Assembly (NCBI GenBank): GCA_951406725.2
Contig: OX597833.1
Coordinates: 52,700,001 to 52,764,000, forward strand
DNA length: 64,000 nt
Direction: 5' to 3'
DNA from: Octopus vulgaris
Lineage: Eukaryota
A program made the position numbers and the translations under genes. The notes under the pieces are model-generated. The model was not told the DNA's origin and searched no databases. It worked only from the letters and a program-made list of their open reading frames with translations. Of this stretch, positions 54,443-64,000 are shown in pieces (position 1 is the stretch's first letter; each line of letters starts with the position of its first letter).

Positions 54443-55944
54443 GTCCGTCTGTGTCTGTGTCTGTGTGCGCGCGCGTGAGTGAATGTATATACACACACAT
54501 ATATATATATATATATAAATGAAGACTAATGGCATTTTAAAATTTACTACAGCTGTCTTTATGTGTTCTTTTTATACCCACACCGCACCCAGAACCAACC
54601 ATGAGTCGGACCTACGATTTAAATTTGATTTGGTACTTCCACATCTAAATATCAGCAGCATACTATCAACACACGATACCTCATGGTGGTTTTATCCTAT
54701 GTTATGGCACCTAGCCAGTTCTGGCGTCCTACATGTTGACACACCAAGATTCTTATGAATCCGATAACTAATCTATATATACATAAGTGTGTGTGTGTGC
54801 GTGTGTGGTGGCATATATGTATGCATGTGTGTGTGCGCATTGTATGTATGTATGTATGTATGTATGTATGTATGTATGTAGTATGTGTGTGTACGTATGC
54901 ATAAAGCTATCTTCGCTCGCAAACAGAAAGTACATTTGATTTTATCTGGACAATGTATATTCATGTATTATTCCATTATAATGTCTGAACGTACCATAGG
55001 AGTTATTTACAGAGTATTTCATGTCGACAGTTTACTGACAAAAGTAAATAGAGTTAAGTGCCTTGCCCAAGGATTCAATACAATGTATACAGCCGACAAT
55101 CGAACAATTGTGAATGCAATGTTTGTTCTCTCGACTAATATACTATGAGAACATTATATTCTATACCGCATTTGCCTGCATCACGATGTGTATGCGTGCG
55201 CTAGTATATATGCATGTGTACGCGTGTGTATGGAGGGAGTACATGTGTGTGTGCATGTGTGTGTGTGAAAAATGGTGAGAGTGCCAGAGAGAGAGAAAGA
55301 AATTTGTAGTGGTGAATAATGATTTGTGGTTTAGGCGCGAGGGCAGCAATTTTGAGGAAGGATAAGTTGGTCGATCATATCGACCCCTGAGGAATACTTT
55401 GTTTTATTGACATCGGAGCGATAAAAGGTAAGGCTGGGTTCGACAAGATTCGAACTCAGAAGCTAAAGAGCCGGAATGGGGCGGTGAATTATGAAAAGAA
55501 ATAAAGATTGGTTGAACAGATCAATAGATAAAAAAAAAAGCGTCTTTCTATGTGATTTTAGGCTTTTGATATTGTGAGGAAAAAACCGCAAGAAAAACGG
55601 AGTTGTACATCTTGGTTCATTGTACGTACGTCTAGCTTTCTGGAAATATATATACACACACACCTACTTACACACATACATACAAAGATTATATATATAA
55701 ATGATATACGCACACACATATATGTATATATATATGTATGTGTGTGTATACGTATATATCATATATGTGTGTGTGTATGCACATGTATATATATATATAT
55801 ATCTTTATATATGTGTCTCTTCATATATATTTTGCGTACACACAATCATATATTCATACATAATATATACGCACATATAAATACATACACACATTCATAT
55901 AGATATATATATATATATCATATATACATACATACAGATATATA

Positions 55945-56038
<94 letters not shown>

Positions 56039-56102
56039 TAGATAGATATAGATATAGATATATAGATATATTTATATATATACATACACATATTATATAT
56101 AC

Positions 56103-56142
<40 letters not shown>

Positions 56143-56149
56143 CTGTATG

Positions 56150-56261
<112 letters not shown>

Positions 56262-57056
56262 GAAATCAAAATATCTCTATTTGTCTAAGTAAGTATATGT
56301 ACAAATATGCCGATGACCGTTTAATTGTAGCTTATCCTCAATAGGTTTTCTTATTAAAAATAAAACAGCTCTTAAAGATAGCGTTCTGCTAACAAGAAGA
56401 AAAGAAAGAAATGGCGATATATGATGCATCAAAGATGGTGGATGATCTAGCTATCATTTGTATGAGGATGCGCGCCATCAACAACTAAATGGCTTGTCAA
56501 AGCGAAGATGTGAGCAGCGGAAGTGTGGTGGTGGTGACGGTGTTGTTGGTGATGGTGGTGATGGTGGTGGTAGTGGTGAGCCGGAGCCGATAATGACAAC
56601 GCTTGAAGCGAACAGCTGTCATTTCTCGCTTCTATTCGCAGACGACATCTTCCTCAAGCAGAATTTTTACATTTTCTTCATTATTAATACCAACAACTAC
56701 ATGATGGAATTTACGTTAGCAAAGCATTTTGATTGGCTGAAAAATTGTGCGTACGTATATATATATGTGTGTGTATGTTTACAAATTCGTAGGTTTGTAT
56801 ATGTGTGTGTGTTTCAGTACCATGTACTTTTGTATTTTATTTGTGTAAGTGTGAGTAAGTCTGCTGTTGGTGTAACAGAGTATGTCTTACGTTTCTATAT
56901 TCCACTACAAGGCTTGTTGTGTGTAGTGAATATATAAATATAACTATAGATAGGTAAATACTTATAGTTGCGTAGTTGCATATTGGTGTGTTTTCGCAGT
57001 TGTGCGCGAGTGTGCGTTTATATTTGTATGTATGTATGCATGTATGTATGTGTACG

Positions 57057-57087
<31 letters not shown>

Positions 57088-57110
57088 GTATATATATATT
57101 TATATATATA

Positions 57111-57148
<38 letters not shown>

Positions 57149-57176
57149 GTATGTATGTATCTATGTGTGTAGGTAT

Positions 57177-57659
<483 letters not shown>

Positions 57660-58195
57660 TTTGACTGAAGGGGTTCCCACCGAGCCCATCTCATCTTTAA
57701 TCAATAATTCATTCAAGGCAACATTAACTTCGATGTACATTGTCTCCTCCCTTAATGACGGGAGATGTAGCTGTAACTTCTCGGAGACCAGATAGTTACG
57801 TAGTAGTTTTCTTCGTCAGCTTGTGACACTATTTGTTGTTAATTAGCCGCGGTTTACCCCTGATCAAAGGCATTCCAACCGTGGCCATCCTATCTTTTAT
57901 TCAAACATAGTATATCTTAGACATTATTATCCAATATGCATTTCTCTTCCCGAAGAAAGCAAGTGTAATTGTGTTGTACCTTTAGCACTGGTCCTATTTC
58001 ACTTCTGTTATTATTAGTCATCTTGTAAACCAATTAACCAATTAGTTCATTGATTGTTTGATTAGATCTTCGGTAATCAACCAACCATCTAGATTCGTCA
58101 GGCTCCTTTCGACGCTATTCGCGACCGCATCTATGACGTACACTCTCTGATCCATATCCCGGACTTGTCATCGATGAGGAGCCGATTGATCGATA

Positions 58196-58419
58196 TACTC
58201 CTTTACTCTTTTACTCTTTTGTTTGTTTCAGTCATTTGACTGCAGCCATGCTGGAGCACCACCTTTAGTCGAGCAAATCAACCCTAGGACTTGTTCTTTG
58301 TAAGCCTAGTAATTATTCTATCGGTCACTTTTGCCGAACCACTAAGTTACGGGACGTAAACACACCACCATCGGTTGTCAAACGATGTTGGGGAGACAAA
58401 CACAGACACAAAAACATAT

Positions 58420-58450
<31 letters not shown>

Positions 58451-58530
58451 CATATCATATATACGACGAGCTTCTTTCAGTTTCCGTCTACGAAATCCAC
58501 TCACAAGGCTTTGGTCGGCCCGAGACTATA
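58196..58530 (-). mobile_element. SINE family A, 5'-truncated
   Basis: Matches the family. Confidence 0.88.
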
Positions 58531-58933
58531 TGATTTATAAAATAATCGGTCAGTTAATTGATTGAAAGAAAAACGAAAGTTCAATTTGATTTGGGGTTTG
58601 GCTGCTATTTCTACAAAAACCGATCATCCATATTCAGGCACCCCCACCCCCATCCCCCGTTCTTTTGAGCAATCCAAATCTTTAGCTCAGCTTTCATCCC
58701 TTTGTCAACAATGGTTTCATATATAAGTATAATAAAACCTTGAATTTTTAGCCGTTCATAGAAATGAGATATCTTAAGTGGGAAGTCACTTGAGAAGTTT
58801 CCACGCTTCGCTCGGCTCTTCAGATTTGTTTTAAAGACGGAAGGAAGTCCTGAAAGTAATTACAAATAAACACAGAAGATGAGCTGAAGTGTCGGATCAA
58901 TCTTTGTTTGTCTTTAAATATTCATATAACATA

Positions 58934-59030
<97 letters not shown>

Positions 59031-59078
59031 TTCAATAATATTATATATATATATATATATACATATAATATGTATATA

Positions 59079-59111
<33 letters not shown>

Positions 59112-59113
<2 letters not shown>

Positions 59114-59651
59114 GGAGGCCCAGTGGTTAGGGCAGCGGACTCGCGGTCGGGGGACCGCGGTTTCGTCTCCCAGACCAGACGTTGTGTGTGTTTATTAAGC
59201 GAAAACACCTAAAGATCAAAGAGGAGTGCCGAAAGAGATCATAGAGGAGTCCCGAAAGAGATCAAAGAAGGTGCCGAAAGAGATCAAAGAGGGTGGCGAA
59301 AGAGACCAAAGAGGTGTCCCGAAAGAGATCAAAGAGGGTGCCGAAAGAGATCAAAGAGGAGTCCCGAAAGAGATCAAAGAGGGTGCCGAAAGAGATCAAA
59401 GAGGGTGTCGAAAGAGATCAAAGAGGTTGCCGAAAGAGATCAAAGAGGGTGCCTAAAGCTCCGCGAGGTTCCGGTAGGGAGTAGTGGTGACCCCTGCTGT
59501 ACTCTTTCGCCGCAACTTTATCTCCCTCTTTCTTCTGTTTGCCTGCTCGCTTAGCCAGCGGTGTGACGTCATTTGAAGGCTAAAACAATGCGCATTGTGA
59601 CCAGCGATGTGTAGCAACATCTGTTAGCCTGGTCGGTCACGTGATCACGTG

Positions 59652-59652
<1 letters not shown>
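59112..59652 (+). mobile_element. SINE family C containing an internal 22/23-bp minisatellite
   Basis: Head at 59112-59214, and the body resumes at CCTAAAGCTCC (59452). Confidence 0.88.
59215..59453. repeat. Minisatellite (GAAAGAGATCAAAGAGGGTGCC)n, about 10.5 units of 22 or 23 bp
   Basis: Directly visible, with no unique spacers. Confidence 0.95.
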
Positions 59653-59707
<55 letters not shown>

Positions 59708-60441
59708 GTATATATATCACAATTTTCAGTGGCTGTTCCACTCGAGGAAGCTGATTCTGCTATGTGCATGATCGAACTGCCCGAAATAGCAGCCAAATAT
59801 TTCTTCCTCAAACCACAACGTAGCGTCATAAAAGAAGGAAAAGTTACAATAAATAGATTTTTGTCTTTAAGTACTCCACACAAGGTAGGAACTTCTATGT
59901 TGCTAATTGATTTGCAAAGAATAGCAGCAATACCTCCATCCCTCGAATCGCAGCCTAACCATCTTATACAAACAAAAGAAAAAGGACATTGTACGATTTG
60001 GTGATAGATGTGTTAAGGACGGTGCGGTCACAACTGGAAGACCTTTTATCATAAGTATGCTTGATTAGGGCTGACCAGGGGGATAAACAAACCCACTGAG
60101 ATACCTTCGTTGGTTTAAAATGAATTTAGTTCGACTTCAATAAAATTTGAAACCGGATCTCCAAGTTAGCCCGTTAACAGCTTCAGAATAAAGGTTTTTC
60201 TTCTTTGTTTCAATAAAAGAGAAAGACAAAACTTTGTTGTAATTTCTATACCATTTCCGAAGACCTCTGTGGCATAAAGAACAATCATCTATCAATATTG
60301 AGCCAATATATTCCGGTAATATGGTAGTTTTTTTAATTGTTTTTTGGTACCTGATCGAGGACCTGGCAACGCATTGGGTCCTTGAGCAAGTTAATTTATT
60401 TCATGTTACTCTAGCACACTTAGTTGAAAATGTGTATCACA

Positions 60442-60775
60442 TGAGTGGCTGTGTGGTAAGTAGCTTTCTTACCAACCACATGGTTCCGGGTTCAGTCCCA
60501 CTGCGTGGCACCTTTGGCATGCATCTTCTACTATAGCCACGGGCTGACCAAAACCTTGCGAGTGGATTTGGTAGACGGAAACTAGAAGAAACCCGTCGTA
60601 TATATGTATATGTATGTATATATATGTGTGTGTGTGCAATTTCGGCTGGTTATACTCGAGATTGCTCCAATCTGGCCAGCCCCAAAGAGAAACTAAGCTA
60701 AGAGCATTAGATTCCTTGGAAGAAAGCAAGGACTTCCACGCACTCTATAAGGTGGCACTCTGTGGGACCCAACCG
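60442..60775. mobile_element. SINE A 5' half (+, 60442-60635) abutting a SINE F 5' part (-, 60636-60775)
   Basis: Homology to 60962 and to 62796-62940. Confidence 0.75.
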
Positions 60776-60961
60776 ATTTGATAGTCGCTTCCCATAGTGC
60801 AATCACCAGAAATAAAAACAGAGATATAAATTTTTAATGCCCAAAAGCTCATTTTGATCTTCTTCAGCATTTTCCACCATTTGTCTTCCTAGAATATTTC
60901 CAAATAAGTAGCTTGTTCTACATCTTCTCGTGATTCTATAATCAGTATGCAAAATTTATAT

Positions 60962-61370
60962 GTAGGAGTGGCTGTGTGGTAAGTAGCTTGCTTACCAACC
61001 ACATGGTTCCGGGTTCAGTCCCACTGCGTGGCATCTTGGGCAAATGTCTTGTGCTATAGCCTCGGGCCGACCAATGCCTTGTGAGTGGATTTGGTAGACG
61101 GAAATTGAAAGAAGCCTGTCGTATATATGTATATATATACATATGTGTGTGTGTGTGTGTGTGTGTGTTTGTTCCCCTAGCATTGCTTGACAACCGATGC
61201 TGGTGTGTTTACGTCCCCGTAACTTAGCGGTTCGGCAAAAAGAGACCGATAGAATAAGTACTAGGCTTACAAAGAATAAGTCCCGGGGTCGATTTGCTCG
61301 ACTAAAGGCGGTGCTCCAGCATGGCCGCAGTCAAATGACTGGAACAAGTAAAAGAGTAAAAGAGTAAAAG
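60962..61370 (+). mobile_element. SINE family A, full length
   Basis: Complete match to the family. Confidence 0.92.
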
Positions 61371-61636
61371 TGTAACCCTATACAGATGTGTACTAGGATG
61401 ATTACATTAAGCGACATGCCCTTCGCTTTTAATAATACCGTGTAGCTTCATGTTGTGGAGATTTAGTTACTATTTCTAGCCGATTATAAATCGCAGAGGC
61501 TGCTGTCTTGATTTACGACACTTGGCCACATGGAACTACTAAAATAATACTTAGAAACATGGAGTTTGTTTTTCTGCAATGTATCTAATGCCAGCGCTGT
61601 TATATAACATTCCTTAAGCGTGTGCTTATAAGTACA

Positions 61637-61697
<61 letters not shown>

Positions 61698-61894
61698 GTG
61701 TGTGTATGTATGTATGTATGTATATATATACGTATATATATATCCGTGCAAATATATGTATACTTTATATATATATTTATATATATATATATATATATAC
61801 TCACATATATAGACATATGCGCATATGCATATATATATGTGCAAATATATATTACATGTATTATACATGCATGTACATATACACACATACACAC

Positions 61895-61950
<56 letters not shown>

Positions 61951-62612
61951 GCACATACATATATATATATATATATTAGTTTCACACTATGTATTATAAA
62001 CAAGGAAAACGAACGACCAAAAGAAAAATATGAAAAGAAAAGCCCTCTACATTTAGTAACCAAACAACTCTAATATGCTCTTACTATGCCAGTATATTTT
62101 TATAAAGCATATATTGCTAACATATGCTTTACTTTATTTATTTTCTTGTTTTTGCGGTGATTTTTCTCATACATTTTTATCACCGTCGTTGCTTCTAATA
62201 AATCATTGGAAGGAATGCTTTGCGTTATGTGCTCAGAGGTTTTACATTCTCAGTTCAAATCCTGCCGAGGTCAAATTTGCGTTTCATTCTTCCACGCTGG
62301 GTGAAAAAAAAATACCAGCCAAGTAATATAATCGATGGCGTTGATCAACGCCATTAGCCAAAGTTTCAGCGAGTCTTATATTTGCCCTTTTAACCTTTTT
62401 GCCTTTTACTTGTTTCCAGTCACTGGACAGCGGCCGTGCTGCAGCATAGTCCCTTAAGGGTTTTAGCCGAACATATTAATTTATATTATTTTACGCCTGG
62501 TACTTATTCTACCGGTGTCTTTTGGAGAAGCGCTAAGACAGGACACGCAAACAAAGTAAGCCGGTTGTCAAGCGGTGTGAGATTGGGTGTTACACATGCA
62601 CCCCACCATATA

Positions 62613-62651
<39 letters not shown>

Positions 62652-62655
<4 letters not shown>

Positions 62656-62976
62656 CAAAAATGGGACAAGATCGCAAAACATCCAGACAGGTGATGCAAA
62701 AAATGGACAACAAAGCATTCAGAGAGACGATACAAAGATAAGAAGGACGGGCCATTCGGAGTTTTCTATCCGCAGGCGAGGTCCAGATCATCTTTGCAAT
62801 TTCGGCTGGTTATACTACTCGAGATTGCTCCAATCTGGTCAGCCCCAAGAAGAAACTAAGCTAAGAGCATTAGATTCCATGGAAGAAAGCAGAGACTTCC
62901 ACACATTTTCTAAGGTGCCACTATGTGGGACTGAACCCGGAACTGTGCGGTTGCAAAGCAACTTTCTTTACCACAC
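62652..62976 (-). mobile_element. SINE family F (A-type tRNA head, distinct body and tail), apparently full length, inside an old SINE A
   Basis: The head GTGTGGTAAAG...CCGGGTTCAGTCCCAC..GTGGCACCTT joins the F body. The same head-body junction is seen at 60720-60775. Confidence 0.7.
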
Positions 62977-63136
62977 ACCATTTCCTTCTCCATTCTTTTA
63001 TGTAACAGCATTCAGTTTTATGTAACAGCGTTCAGTTTTATTACCATTATATTATACTTAATATTTTTGAGTGTGTGTTTGGATATGTATATATATATAT
63101 ATATATATACACGCACATACATCTGCATATATTTAT

Positions 63137-63208
<72 letters not shown>

Positions 63209-63278
63209 TGTATGTATGCATGTGTATATATAAATATAGAGATAGATATAGATATGTATGAATATATATATATATATA

Positions 63279-63585
63279 TCACGTGCTCACGTGACCGACC
63301 AGACCATCAGATGTTGTTACGCATCGCTGGTCACAATGCGTTCGCATTGTTTTAGCCTTCGAATGACGCCACCCCGCTGGCTAAGCGAGCAGGCCAACAG
63401 AAGAAAGAGTGGGAGAAAGTGTGGTGAAAGAGTACAGCAGGGATCACCACCCCCTGCCGGAGCATCGTGGAGCTCTTTAGGTGTTTTCACTCTAAGAACA
63501 CTCACAACGCCCGGTCTGGGAATCGAAACCGCGATCCTACGACCACGAGTCCGCTGCCCTAACCACTGGGCCATTGCGCCTCCAC
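63279..63585 (-). mobile_element. SINE family C, full length
   Basis: Reverse complement of 23162-23468. Confidence 0.9.
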
Positions 63586-63596
63586 ACACACACACA

Positions 63597-63716
<120 letters not shown>

Positions 63717-64000
63717 TACATCTGATGTTTAATTTAAACCATTTTATCCTTACATACAGACAAAATACATGTATTATATAGTATTAATTGTGTCGTATTT
63801 TATTCTTTTTGTTTTTTGTTCGTATAACCCTCTCCTAATAAATCTGCTTTTGTTTGCTTCTGCGTATACATTTTCTAGACCCACTGTGGTTACTTGTTAA
63901 TATTTTCCCATTTTTTGTTTTGTATCAGGCCCCCCTCTCCCTGTGCAGCTGGTATGTCTGGCCTGTCGATATCAGCTTTATAAGTGCAGTTTATAGTTTT

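Noticed and set aside
56458-56937. 159-aa ORF
   Set aside because: No ATG start, partly (GGT)n and (TG)n derived, and no recognisable motif.
59215-59453. CRISPR-like short repeat array / PKEIKEG repeat protein
   Set aside because: Units are contiguous with no unique spacers, there are no cas genes, the context is eukaryotic, and the array lies inside a SINE.

Overview
Eukaryotic, AT-rich, gene-poor DNA saturated with microsatellites ((TA)n, (CA)n, (GATA)n, (TACA)n, (AAT)n, (ACC)n, (TTC)n) and transposon-derived repeats. The SINE families and microsatellite density suggest an octopus (coleoid cephalopod) genome; this is inferred from recall, not from a search. I cannot support any host protein-coding gene, and almost all ORFs in the track are microsatellite translations. 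The real coding remnants are all from transposons: L1/Tx1-clade LINE 3' ends, a CR1-type LINE 3' end, two Tc1 copies, a DD37D/maT relic, a mariner relic with MITEs, and a hAT-type element. At least five tRNA-derived SINE families occur (my labels A-F). The most notable signal is an apparent microsatellite-targeting Tx1-like retrotransposon system. Three copies of one family sit in (TATC)n in the same orientation, and two of them are 326/327 identical. A sister family and a tail fragment sit in (TTA)n instead. SINE family B carries the same 3' tail as these LINEs and forms head-less tandem units (184 bp where complete) joined at one stereotyped junction. Repeat boundaries were read by eye and are approximate to within about 10 bp.
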